From assembly GCA_038198625.1 (NCBI GenBank), contig JBBPZT010000217.1:1-38984 (forward strand): 38,984 nt of DNA, in the 5' to 3' direction. The stretch's first letter is position 1; each line of letters begins with the position of its first letter. Made by a program: the position numbers and the translations under genes. Below, piece by piece: positions 28,362 through 37,589 of the stretch. The notes under the pieces were generated by a model. That model ran no database searches. It was not told the origin of the DNA and saw only the letters and a list, made by a program, of their open reading frames with translations. The stretch is from Rubrobacterales bacterium. Its GTDB lineage: Bacteria > Actinomycetota > Rubrobacteria > Rubrobacterales > Rubrobacteraceae.

Positions 28362-29169
28362 TATCCAGGGGGATGCCCGGGCGGTGCGACGGGTTGGAGT
28401 CGTCGCGAACCCGAAGGTGAGCGGAGAATACTTCGAGCGGCTCGCCGCCGCGCTCAGGAAACGAAACGTGGAGGTGGCCGAGGTCCGTCCCCAGGACGAG
28501 CCCAATGGCGACTCTGACCTGGACCTGGTCTTCGTGCTGGGAGGAGATGGGACCATGCTCAGGGCTTCCCGGATGTATCCCGGGAAGGTGCTCGTCGGGG
28601 TGAACCTGGGCAAGGTCGGGTTCATGTCCGGCATGTTGCCGGATGAGATAGAGTCCGGGGTGGAGAAAGTGCTCGGCGACGGTCTCTACATCCAGGATTA
28701 CCGGATGCTGGAGGTTCGGGTCGACGGAGAAGAGAAGACGCGGTTGGCGCTCAACGACGCCGTTATCGTCAAGCAGCAGCCGCACCAGATCGCCTCTATA
28801 GACGTCTCGGTCGGAGGAGAGGAGCTTTTCGCTTTCAGATGCGACGGCTTTATCGCGGCGACACCGCTCGGCTCCACAGCCTACGCTCTATCGGCCGGTG
28901 GCCCGATAGTCTCGGCCGAAGCAGAGTGCTACGTACTCGTCCCGATAGCACCGCACGCCCTGACGAGCCGTCCTCTGGTGCTCGGGGAGGGCCAGACCGC
29001 TGAGCTCAGGCTCGTCGACCGCGGGGCGCTCCTCTCGGTGGACGGTGACGACCCACGCGAGCTCGATCCGGGGGGGAGGATACAGGTAAAGCTCTCTCGG
29101 GAAAGCGTTAAAATAGGCAGGACCGACGAGTGGACGTGGTGGAGAGCGGTTCGGAGGACATTCCTGTAG
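28354..29169 (+). CDS. nadK: NAD kinase
   Basis: 271 aa. Motifs LGGDGTMLRA, N.G.VGF, DG.I.ATP.GSTAY.LSAGGPI. Confidence 0.9.
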   Translation: MGNIQGDARAVRRVGVVANPKVSGEYFERLAAALRKRNVEVAEVRPQDEPNGDSDLDLVFVLGGDGTMLRASRMYPGKVLVGVNLGKVGFMSGMLPDEIESGVEKVLGDGLYIQDYRMLEVRVDGEEKTRLALNDAVIVKQQPHQIASIDVSVGGEELFAFRCDGFIAATPLGSTAYALSAGGPIVSAEAECYVLVPIAPHALTSRPLVLGEGQTAELRLVDRGALLSVDGDDPRELDPGGRIQVKLSRESVKIGRTDEWTWWRAVRRTFL

Positions 29170-30842
29170 TGCTCACGGAACTTTCCGTCGAGAACATCGC
29201 CCTGATCGAAGCGGCCAGGCTGGAACTTTCTCCCGGCCTGAACGCCATCACCGGCGAGACCGGAGCCGGGAAGACCCTGCTCGCCACCGCCCTCCAACTC
29301 CTTCTCGGAGGCCGCGCCCGCTCCGAAACCGTCCGCACCGGCTCCGACAAGGCTACCATCGAGGGAACTTTTCTATTACCGGACGACCTCGGCCGGGAGA
29401 TGCTCTCCGGCGTCCTTGGAGACCTGGCCGAAGAGATAGATCTCGACACCGATGATGGCCTGGTTCTCCGACGAACTTTGACGGGCGAGGGGCGCTCCCG
29501 GTGCTACGTCTGTGGTGTGACCGTGCCGGTAAAGGCGCTCGCCTCACTCGGGGAGCGCCTCGTTTCGTATCACAGCCAGCGGGAACAGACCCGTCTTACC
29601 GAACCTTCAGAGCAGTTGGAGATCCTGGACGACTTCCTGGATGAGGGAGCTGCCCGGTCGAAAGAGGAGAGAATAAAGCTCTGGTCTCAGGTCGAGGGAG
29701 ACCGGCGGGAGCTCGCCGAGGTCCGGGCTTCCGCCGAATCTCGCCTCAGAGAAGTCGACTTCCTCCGCTTTCAGGTCTCCGAACTCGAAACAGAGAACTA
29801 CAGCGCGGACGAAGTGGCCGATTTGACCCGTGAACGCGACAGGCTCCGTAACGTGACCGATCTTCTCCAGGCGGCCGCCGCCTCTGTGGCATATCTCTCT
29901 TCCGAAGAGGGCGGCGCGATCGACTCGGTAGGAAAGGCTTCTTCTGAACTGGAGCGGGCCTTTCGCCACGACGAGACGCTCTCCGGGGTTCTGGATCGCC
30001 TGAACGGTCTCTCGGCGGAGCTCGAGGACTTGCTCTACGAGTTGCGCTCCTATCTGGATGAGTTGGAGGCCGACCCAGCTCGTCTGGACGAGGTCGAAGA
30101 GCGGTTGGTTTCGCTGAAAGCACTGGAGCGCAAGTATGGTGAGGACGTCGAGGGATTCCTGGAGGAGGCGCGGGGTCGGTTGCGGAGTCTGGAGAACCTG
30201 GATGAGGAGACGGCCGGGCTAGAGGCCCGCATTCGTTCGGGAGAAGAGCGGCTCGGAACACTCGCGACGGAGATATCCGATGGGCGACGGCGGGCGGCGC
30301 GGAGGCTTTCGGAGAAGGTGGGGGAGAACCTGGCGGACCTGAACCTCGGCAAGACCACGTTTCGTGCGGACCTCGTCCCCTCGGAGCCAGGGCCTTCGGG
30401 GGTCGAGCGGGTCGAGTTCGTCATTCAGCCAAACCCCGGTGAGCCGGAGTTGGCCGTGCGCCGGTATGCTTCCGGAGGAGAACTGTCGAGGATCATGCTC
30501 GCCATCCGGCTCGCCCAGGAGCGCATCGAGCCCGGCGCTACCTACGTCTTCGATGAGGTGGATGCCGGGATCGGCGGAGAAACAGCCACGGCAGTCGGGG
30601 CGAAGCTGCGGGAGCTGGGTAAGCGCAACCAGGTCCTGACCATCACCCACCTCCCCCAGATAGCCTCCGAGGCCGGCTCGCACGTGGTGGTCGCCAAGGA
30701 AGAGTCCGACGGTCGCACCCTGACCCGCATCCTCCGGGTGGAAGGCGAGGAGCGGCGCCGGGAACTCGCCCGGATGCTCTCTGGCAGGGTAGACGAAGCA
30801 TCGCTCGCCCACGCCTCGGAACTGCTGGTCAGCCGCACGTAG
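29169..30842 (+). CDS. recN: DNA repair protein RecN
   Basis: Starts VLTELSVENIALIE...ITGETGAGKT (Walker A), has a long coiled coil, then SGGELSRIMLA (signature) and FDEVDAGIGG (Walker B). The GTG start shares one nt with the nadK TAG. The track ORF from 29130 overlaps nadK. Confidence 0.93.
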   Translation: MLTELSVENIALIEAARLELSPGLNAITGETGAGKTLLATALQLLLGGRARSETVRTGSDKATIEGTFLLPDDLGREMLSGVLGDLAEEIDLDTDDGLVLRRTLTGEGRSRCYVCGVTVPVKALASLGERLVSYHSQREQTRLTEPSEQLEILDDFLDEGAARSKEERIKLWSQVEGDRRELAEVRASAESRLREVDFLRFQVSELETENYSADEVADLTRERDRLRNVTDLLQAAAASVAYLSSEEGGAIDSVGKASSELERAFRHDETLSGVLDRLNGLSAELEDLLYELRSYLDELEADPARLDEVEERLVSLKALERKYGEDVEGFLEEARGRLRSLENLDEETAGLEARIRSGEERLGTLATEISDGRRRAARRLSEKVGENLADLNLGKTTFRADLVPSEPGPSGVERVEFVIQPNPGEPELAVRRYASGGELSRIMLAIRLAQERIEPGATYVFDEVDAGIGGETATAVGAKLRELGKRNQVLTITHLPQIASEAGSHVVVAKEESDGRTLTRILRVEGEERRRELARMLSGRVDEASLAHASELLVSRT

Positions 30843-30934
30843 CCAGTCAGGGCGCCGCCCTCTAACGCCCCCGCTCCTTCGAGATGACGCAGAGGGCACG
30901 TATTGATCCAGATCACGCCGGAAACTTTAATTTC

Positions 30935-30963
30935 TTGACCAGGGATACCTCAGGGGCAATACT
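30935..30963 (+). promoter_or_regulatory. Sigma-70-type promoter for the iron permease gene
   Basis: TTGACC (30935-30940), an exact 17-nt spacer, then AATACT (30958-30963). Confidence 0.5.
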
Positions 30964-30966
30964 TGG

Positions 30967-30986
30967 CTTAATGAGAATCATTTCCA
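30967..30986 (+). promoter_or_regulatory. Fur-box-like operator immediately downstream of the -10
   Basis: CTTAATGAGAATCATTTCC matches 14/19 positions of GATAATGATAATCATTATC. The core TGAGAATcATTTCCA matches 11/14 positions of the 7-1-7 TGATAATnATTATCA. It sits directly upstream of an iron permease. Confidence 0.55.
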
Positions 30987-31001
30987 TTTGGAGGCCGACT
31001 T

Positions 31002-32027
31002 TTGTTGGGTAAATCTAGCGTACGCCGCGCTTTTGGGAATCCCTGGCTCGTCGCCGTGATTTTGGCGGCTTCGCTGGTGGCTGGTGCCATGGTGTGGCAG
31101 GCGGTCACGGCCAGCGGGGTCCCGGATCCCACGGCCCGAAACTTGAGCCCGGCGGCGGCTGTTCTGAACAGCGGTATCCTGGTCTTTCGCGAGGGGCTTG
31201 AGGCGATTTTGGTTCTGGCGGCGGTCACGGCCGGGCTGTTCCGGGAGCGCGGGAATCACTGGCGTCCGGTCGCGGCCGGTTCGGGCGCTGCTTTTCTGGC
31301 AACGGTGGCGACGTGGTTCATCGTCGTGGCTTTGATCTCCGCCGTCAACGCGCCTGCTCTCGACGTGCAGGCTGGGACTGGGCTTTTGGCGATAGTGGTG
31401 CTCCTGGTAGTGATGAACTGGTTTTTTCACAAGATCTACTGGACCGGTTGGATCGGGCTGCACCACCGCAGCAGGAAGCGGACCCTCGAACGCTCGGACG
31501 GGAACAAATCAGCGGCTTACCTGGGTCTCGCGCTACTCGGGTTCAGCGCGATCTACCGGGAAGGCTTCGAGGTGGTTCTCTTCTTGCAAAACCTCAGGCT
31601 TGAGGTCGGTTCGGGGGCCGTTTTGAAGGGGACGGCTATCGGGCTCGCCCTGACCTCGGTAGTCGCGGTGCTGACCTTCTTGGCTCACAAGCGGCTGCCG
31701 TACAAGAAGATGTTGGTCGCAACCGGAGTCCTGCTCGGCGTCGTCCTCATCGTCATGGTGGGTGAGAGCGCCCAGGAGCTACAGCAGGCGGCCTGGATCC
31801 CAACCACAGACCTGAACCTGCCCCTTCCGGGGTGGCTCGGGATGTGGTTCGCGGTCTTCCCCACGGTGGAAGGCCTCGCCGCACAGGCTATCGCGGCCAC
31901 GCTCGTGATCGGCTCCTACGTCGCCGCCCAAAACGCTCGTGTCTGGCGACCCCGGCGGCAGTCCAGAGCACGGAACGAGATTAACTCTTCCACCATCGAG
32001 CACTCCCCGAAATTGCACCACGAGTAA
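31002..32027 (+). CDS. FTR1/EfeU-family high-affinity iron permease
   Basis: 341 aa, polytopic. Two REXXE motifs (FREGLEAILV and YREGFEVVLF). TTG start 7 nt after GGAGG (30990-30994). Confidence 0.85.
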   Translation: MLGKSSVRRAFGNPWLVAVILAASLVAGAMVWQAVTASGVPDPTARNLSPAAAVLNSGILVFREGLEAILVLAAVTAGLFRERGNHWRPVAAGSGAAFLATVATWFIVVALISAVNAPALDVQAGTGLLAIVVLLVVMNWFFHKIYWTGWIGLHHRSRKRTLERSDGNKSAAYLGLALLGFSAIYREGFEVVLFLQNLRLEVGSGAVLKGTAIGLALTSVVAVLTFLAHKRLPYKKMLVATGVLLGVVLIVMVGESAQELQQAAWIPTTDLNLPLPGWLGMWFAVFPTVEGLAAQAIAATLVIGSYVAAQNARVWRPRRQSRARNEINSSTIEHSPKLHHE

Positions 32028-32220
32028 GTAAGAGCATCATCCCAATACCGGGTGGCCTCGGCGACAACCAACGTGTCGTAAGCTACTATAAAGCGGCGGA
32101 TCAACGGCTAGACTTATTCCGAAAGACCTGCTGCCCAACCCGGGAGATGTAGTTGGAGCGCTCCACGAACCCCGAACCGCTAGATGTAGTCGCGAACCCG
32201 TGCCGGATCCCCGACCGTGA

Positions 32221-34539
32221 TTGGAATACTTCCTGACGGCCTGGGTGGTACTCGTCCCGCTCATCTTGGCGCTCGTCGCCGCGCCCGCCGCGGCGCTTGC
32301 CGGAACCTTTCGTCCCTCTTTGTCTGCGCCGGTTGGGGCGGTGCTTGCGGCCCTGGCCGCCGGTGCTACGCTCTACGTCTGGCTCTCGGGAGGGGGAGAG
32401 GTGAACTTCGCGTGGGCTCCCACCCTGGACCTACGTTTCGCCGTAAAGATGGACGGTCTCGCCGCGCTCTACTCCCTGCTCGCCACCGGGGTTGGTTTCG
32501 CGGTCCTGGTCTACTCTCGGCGGTACTTACCGCTACATCTGGAGCACGAGGGGAGACCGGAGACGGCTGCGCCGCGTTTCTACTTCTTCATGCTGCTCTT
32601 CATGGGCTCGATGGTAGGGCTCGCGATGTCGCAGGACTTGATCCTCCTCTTCGTCTTCTGGGACCTCACCGCCATCGCTTCCTACTACCTGATCGGCTAT
32701 GACGAGCATAAGGAAGAGTCCCGCTACTCCGCCCTAATGGCCCTCCTCATAACCGGAATAACCGCTGTCCTACTACTCATAGGCGCTTTGATGTTCTACG
32801 CAGCCTATGGGACCTTCTCGATCCCCCGTCTCGCCGACCTGACTGAAACGGGACCTCTTCTGACAACCGCCGGGGCCTTTATAGCCGTTGCGGGACTGGC
32901 GAAAAGCGCCCAGGTCCCGCTCCACTTCTGGCTGCCGCGGGCGATGGCGGCACCGACTCCGGTCTCTGCCTATCTACATTCCGCTGCGATGGTCGCCGCC
33001 GGGGTGCTCCTGATCGGACGGGTGTACCCGCTGCTCCAGAAGAGCGACGCCCTGCTGACCGGGTTCCTGGTGGTCGGGACCGCCTCTATAGCCGTCGGAG
33101 GTATCCTGGCGCTCACGCGTGACGTGCTAAAACAACTCCTGGCCTACTCCACGATCTCCCAGTACGGCTACGTCGTGTTCATGTTCGGGCTCGGCGGCAA
33201 GTACGGGGCGGCAGGGGCATCCCTGTACGTTATTGCCCACGCCCTTTTGAAAAGCGCCCTTTTCCTAACCGCCGGGGCGGTGACGGAAGCAACGGGAGAG
33301 GATAAGCTCTCGCGCCTCGGCGGTCTGGCGCGCCAGATGCCGGTACTCGCCGTCTCCGGCGGGGTCGCGGCGGCGGGTCTGGCCGCTTTTCCTCTGACCA
33401 TCGGGTTCTTCAAGGACGAACTGCTCTTCGCGGCCGCCCTGGAACGCGGGCCCATATTCGTCGGGATATCCCTATTCGCAGCCGTCCTGACCCTGGCCTA
33501 TACCTGGAGGTTCTGGGGCGGCATCTTCCTCGGGGAGACCGTGACCGAGGCGCGGAAGCTTCCCGTGGCGCTCGTTGCGCCGGTGGCCGGGCTCGGGCTC
33601 TTTGTCCTGGCCGGCGGCGTATTTATAGATCCCTTCGCGGAGCTCGCAAGGGCGGCTGGGGCCGTCTCTTACGCAGCGTCGGTAGAGAGCGTCGAGCCCG
33701 CCTATCATCTGGACGCCCGTCCCGAGAACCTGCTCGCCCTGGCTACGTTCGGACTCGGGGTGCTTCTCATAATTTCCCGTCAGGTCTGGACGGGCGCCGC
33801 CGGGTTGTTCGCCAAAGCTGGGCAGAAGCTCGGTCCGGAGCGAATTTACGCGGTTAGCCTGGAAGGGTTGAACAAGCTCTCCGACCGGGCGCATACGGCG
33901 GAGGTCCGCGACCTCCGCGGGAGGATCATAGCCATCCTCATCCCCGCTGGGATCCTCGTCGGGCTCGGGGTTGTGGTGACGCCTATCGGCGGTGTATACA
34001 AGGTGGGGGAGATCACGGTCAGGGACCTGCCGCTACTGCTGGCTCTGCTCTCCGCCGCCATAGCCGCCCTCGCGACTTGCTTGACAGTCAAACACGTCAC
34101 CCTGGCGCTCGTCATATCCAGCGCGGGCTTCTCCATCGCGGGCGCCTTCGCCTTTTTCGGGGCTCCGGACGTGGCGCTGGTTGCGGTGCTCATCGAGACC
34201 TTTTTGACGTTGCTCATCTTCGGGACCATGCGTTTGATCCCCGCTGAGACCCTCCGGGCGGGATCCGACGGCCCGAAGGTGGGCGCGTGGCGTAAAGCGG
34301 CGGTCGCCACCGTGGCGGCGGCCTTCGTCATGGCGGTGGTCTGGGGTACGCTCTCCCAGCCCTTCCCGGAGAAAGGGGTTGTAAGCCGCCTTATAAAGCT
34401 CACCCCCGAGGCGCACGCCAAAGACGTCGTTACGGTGATACTGGCCGACTTTCGCGGGCTCGACACTCTAGGTGAAATCACCGTGGTTGCCTTGATACTT
34501 CTCGCCGTCGCGACCCTGCTCGGGCGTGGGAGGCCGTGA
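32221..34539 (+). CDS. mrpA: Mrp-type monovalent cation/H+ antiporter subunit A (NuoL-like, with a fused MrpB-like C-terminal domain)
   Basis: 772 aa. NuoL/ND5-like core (KSAQVPLHFWLP.AM.APTPVSAYLHSA) and an extended C-terminus ending ...VILADFRGLDTLGEITVV. Confidence 0.9.
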   Translation: MEYFLTAWVVLVPLILALVAAPAAALAGTFRPSLSAPVGAVLAALAAGATLYVWLSGGGEVNFAWAPTLDLRFAVKMDGLAALYSLLATGVGFAVLVYSRRYLPLHLEHEGRPETAAPRFYFFMLLFMGSMVGLAMSQDLILLFVFWDLTAIASYYLIGYDEHKEESRYSALMALLITGITAVLLLIGALMFYAAYGTFSIPRLADLTETGPLLTTAGAFIAVAGLAKSAQVPLHFWLPRAMAAPTPVSAYLHSAAMVAAGVLLIGRVYPLLQKSDALLTGFLVVGTASIAVGGILALTRDVLKQLLAYSTISQYGYVVFMFGLGGKYGAAGASLYVIAHALLKSALFLTAGAVTEATGEDKLSRLGGLARQMPVLAVSGGVAAAGLAAFPLTIGFFKDELLFAAALERGPIFVGISLFAAVLTLAYTWRFWGGIFLGETVTEARKLPVALVAPVAGLGLFVLAGGVFIDPFAELARAAGAVSYAASVESVEPAYHLDARPENLLALATFGLGVLLIISRQVWTGAAGLFAKAGQKLGPERIYAVSLEGLNKLSDRAHTAEVRDLRGRIIAILIPAGILVGLGVVVTPIGGVYKVGEITVRDLPLLLALLSAAIAALATCLTVKHVTLALVISSAGFSIAGAFAFFGAPDVALVAVLIETFLTLLIFGTMRLIPAETLRAGSDGPKVGAWRKAAVATVAAAFVMAVVWGTLSQPFPEKGVVSRLIKLTPEAHAKDVVTVILADFRGLDTLGEITVVALILLAVATLLGRGRP

Positions 34540-35009
34540 CGAGCGCTCTGACGCAGGCGGTGGCGCGGCTCTTATTGTTGCCGACGTTGGTCGCCGCGGT
34601 CGCCATCTTCGTCAAGGGATACGCCCAACCGGGTGACGGGTTCTCGGCTGGAATCGTCGCCTCGCTCGGCATCCTGCTTCAGTACATCGCCTTCGGTCGG
34701 GAAAAAGTCGAGCGCTTGATGCCCGTGCGCGGTATGGAAGCCGCCGGCATCGGTGGACTTCTGTTGGCGCTCACCATCGCCATCTTTCCGCTCTTTCTGG
34801 GTGAGCCGCTCCTGACCCACTTCCCGCCGCCGGGATCAAAAGTCATCTACCTCGGCACCCTGGAGCTCATCACGGCCGTCGCCTTCGACGCCGGGATATT
34901 CTTGCTGGTCGTTGGTTTTGCCGTTGGCTCCATGCGACTCGTCGCCCGGACCGGTATGAACGAGGTGGGCGGCTCTGGCCTACCGGAAGAGAGTGAGGAA
35001 GTCTCGTGA
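34536..35009 (+). CDS. mrpB: Mrp antiporter subunit B
   Basis: 157 aa. ...GYAQPGDGFSAGIV... typical of MnhB. GTGA overlap with mrpA. Confidence 0.85.
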   Translation: MTSALTQAVARLLLLPTLVAAVAIFVKGYAQPGDGFSAGIVASLGILLQYIAFGREKVERLMPVRGMEAAGIGGLLLALTIAIFPLFLGEPLLTHFPPPGSKVIYLGTLELITAVAFDAGIFLLVVGFAVGSMRLVARTGMNEVGGSGLPEESEEVS

Positions 35010-35410
35010 CGCTGGTGATCTCACTGGTCATCGCGACCATCTTCGGTTCCGGTGCTTACCTGGTCTTGCAGCGGAACCTGATCCGGGTGGTTATTGGGAT
35101 GATCCTGATCTCGAACGCGTCGATCTTGTTTATCATCGCCTCCGGCCTCTCGCGGGGACGGCCTCCTATCTACCCCATCCCCGACGGCGTGGATGTGAGC
35201 GACCCGCTGGTGCAGGCGATGGCGTTGACGGCGCTGGTTATAAGCTCTAGCGTCACGGCCTTGCTCCTGAGCCTGGTCTACCGGCTCTACGTCTCTCATA
35301 ACTCCGTGGACCTGGAAGTCATCTCCGAGATAGAGGTGCGCGAGGCCGAGGCATTGGAACGTGGAGAGCCGCCCGGGAGCGCCGACCCGACACGGGAAAA
35401 CAACTCGTGA
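35006..35410 (+). CDS. mrpC: Mrp antiporter subunit C (NuoK-like)
   Basis: 134 aa. GSGAYLVLQRNLIRVVIGM.LISNA and DPL.QAMALTALVI. Carries a charged C-terminal extension. Confidence 0.88.
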   Translation: MTLVISLVIATIFGSGAYLVLQRNLIRVVIGMILISNASILFIIASGLSRGRPPIYPIPDGVDVSDPLVQAMALTALVISSSVTALLLSLVYRLYVSHNSVDLEVISEIEVREAEALERGEPPGSADPTRENNS

Positions 35411-36807
35411 TTCTGCTCTCGATCACAGTAATCCTGACCTGGGTCGTGGCTGCGATTCTCGCTCTTCTGGACGGCAGAAAGCCCTGGGTGGGATGGTTTG
35501 CCGTAGCCGGACAGACCGCCGGCTTTGTCTCGCTCTGCCTGCTGGCGGCAAGGGTCCTCGCGAACGGTCCGGTCGAGATGGTGGCGGGCGGCTGGCCCGA
35601 GGGCGTCGGGATCACGCTCCGGGCCGACGCCCTCGGGGTCGCCTTCGCACTCGTCTCATGCGCGGTGATCCTGGCTTCCCTTCTGTACGAGGTCATCGTC
35701 GGGGTGAGGACCAGGACGTTCCCGGCTCTCGTATTGTTCCTGAACAGTGGCCTCATGGGTCTGTTCTTGACTGGTGATATCGTCAACTTCTACGTCTTTT
35801 TCGAGATCTCCATGACCTCCGCGTACATCCTCGCCGCCTACCGGGAGCAGAACTACCAGATCCGGGCGGCGTTCGTCTTTGCGGTGGTGAACTTGCTCGG
35901 CTCCGTTATCTTCGTCGTCGCGATCGCGGGCCTCTACCATCTCACCGGCAGCCTCGATATGGCAACGGTCGCCGACCGCGTAAAGGGCGCGGAGCTCGCC
36001 TCGACGGTCTCCGTAACGGTAGCTATCTTCGTCGCGTTTGGCCTGAAGATCGGGCTTTTCCCTTTCCACTTCTGGCTTCCGGCGGTCTACGTCGGCAGCC
36101 ACGCCCCGGTCTCGGCGATCCTGGCCGGCGCCCTGGCAAACATCGGGAGCTACGGCCTCCTCCGCTTCGGGGGTGGCATTCTCCCCGAACAGTCGACCGG
36201 CGCGGCGCTTGTGCTCCTCATCCTGGGCAGCGCGAGCATCCTCTACGGTGCCCTGCAGGCCATCTCACGCCGCTTGCCGGCAGAAGTCATGGCCTACTCA
36301 GCCATCGGCCAGGCAGGCTATATCCTCATAGCTATCGGGGTTGGAGGGCAGGTCGGATACGCGGCGGCTGTCCTCTACGCCATCGTCAACTCCGCGAACA
36401 AGGCGGTCCTTTTCCTCGCCACCGGCTCCCGCGGCCGGCTCGTGGGCGCGGCTTTCGCGGTCGGGGCTTTTAGCGTGGCCGGGGTGCCGCCGGCCGCCGG
36501 CTTCCTGAGTAAATTGGTCCTCTTCAGGGCCGGGCTTTCTGTTGGCGGCGTTCCGGGCAGCGCCGTGCTGGTCGCCCTGATCTTTGTCGGCGGCGCCCTC
36601 TCGTTTATCTACTCGTTTCAGGTCTACCAGAAGACCTACATGATGACGCCTGGCGTGGAGGGTCAAGAAGAGCAGAAACCCTCTCCTCTGGCGGTGCGTA
36701 TGTTGCTGATCACTCTGGCCGCGCTCGTCCTCCTCGGCGGCTTCTGGCCGGAACCTTTGCTCGCCCTCAGCGATGCCGCCGCGAGTGTACTCGGAGGTTC
36801 CCGGTAG
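35407..36807 (+). CDS. mrpD: Mrp antiporter subunit D (NuoN/ND2-like)
   Basis: 466 aa. FFEISMTSAYIL, K.GLFPFHFWLP..Y...APVSAILAG. Confidence 0.9.
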   Translation: MILLSITVILTWVVAAILALLDGRKPWVGWFAVAGQTAGFVSLCLLAARVLANGPVEMVAGGWPEGVGITLRADALGVAFALVSCAVILASLLYEVIVGVRTRTFPALVLFLNSGLMGLFLTGDIVNFYVFFEISMTSAYILAAYREQNYQIRAAFVFAVVNLLGSVIFVVAIAGLYHLTGSLDMATVADRVKGAELASTVSVTVAIFVAFGLKIGLFPFHFWLPAVYVGSHAPVSAILAGALANIGSYGLLRFGGGILPEQSTGAALVLLILGSASILYGALQAISRRLPAEVMAYSAIGQAGYILIAIGVGGQVGYAAAVLYAIVNSANKAVLFLATGSRGRLVGAAFAVGAFSVAGVPPAAGFLSKLVLFRAGLSVGGVPGSAVLVALIFVGGALSFIYSFQVYQKTYMMTPGVEGQEEQKPSPLAVRMLLITLAALVLLGGFWPEPLLALSDAAASVLGGSR

Positions 36808-37298
36808 TGCGCGTCCTGCTCTACCTGCTTCTCCTGACCCTCACATACGCGCTCGTGCTTGCTAGCTTCAAGCCCTGGGATCTCGCTATAGGCGTCGCCG
36901 TCTCCGGGACCCTGCTCTTCCTTTTCAGACGCTTTGTCTTTGACGAGCATCGCGCCGGTGAAAGAGGAGTCCTCCGCAGGGTTCTCGCCTTCTGGCCGTT
37001 CGCGGCCGTGACCGCCTGGCGGGTCGTCGTCGGGACCTGGGAGGTGGCGCTATTGACCCTCCACCTCCGGAAGCTGGAGAACCAGGGCATAGTAGCGGTT
37101 CCGATAGGCGAGAGGACGCCGCTCGGGGTCGCGGTCTCTGCGCTCTCGACGACGCTCTCACCGGGCACCGTGCTCATCGACGTCGACTGGGAGCGGGAAG
37201 TAATGTTGATCCATGTCATAGACGCGAGCGACCCGGATGCTTTCCGCGAGGGCGAGCAAGACTTCTACCGTCGTTACCAGCGCAAAGTGTTCCCCTGA
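36807..37298 (+). CDS. mrpE: Mrp antiporter subunit E
   Basis: 163 aa. MnhE-like N-terminus (LLLTLTYALVLASF....DLAIGV) and ...TLSPGTVLIDVD......IHVID. Shares one nt with the mrpD TAG. Confidence 0.85.
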   Translation: MRVLLYLLLLTLTYALVLASFKPWDLAIGVAVSGTLLFLFRRFVFDEHRAGERGVLRRVLAFWPFAAVTAWRVVVGTWEVALLTLHLRKLENQGIVAVPIGERTPLGVAVSALSTTLSPGTVLIDVDWEREVMLIHVIDASDPDAFREGEQDFYRRYQRKVFP

Positions 37299-37320
37299 GA
37301 ACTAGAGAAAAGGAGTTTCT

Positions 37321-37587
37321 TTGCACGAGATAGTTTTCTATGTCGCTTCGGTCTGGATGACCGTGCTCTTGATCGTGGGGGTCCTCGCGGTGATCCGGAT
37401 ACGCTCGACTGCCGGACGTATCCTGGCGCTCGACACCTTGACCTTGATACTCGTAGCCATCCTGACCCTCTTCGTCGACGCCTTCCGCACGCCCTACTAC
37501 CTGAACGCGGCCCTCGTGCTCGCGCTCCTCGCCTTTATCGGGACGCTCGGCGCCGCCCGCTACCACGGTGAGAAGAGGATCTTCTAG
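37321..37587 (+). CDS. mrpF: Mrp antiporter subunit F
   Basis: 88 aa, three hydrophobic helices. ...R....GRILALDTL... typical of MnhF. TTG start after AAGGAG. Confidence 0.85.
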   Translation: MHEIVFYVASVWMTVLLIVGVLAVIRIRSTAGRILALDTLTLILVAILTLFVDAFRTPYYLNAALVLALLAFIGTLGAARYHGEKRIF

Positions 37588-37589
37588 CT

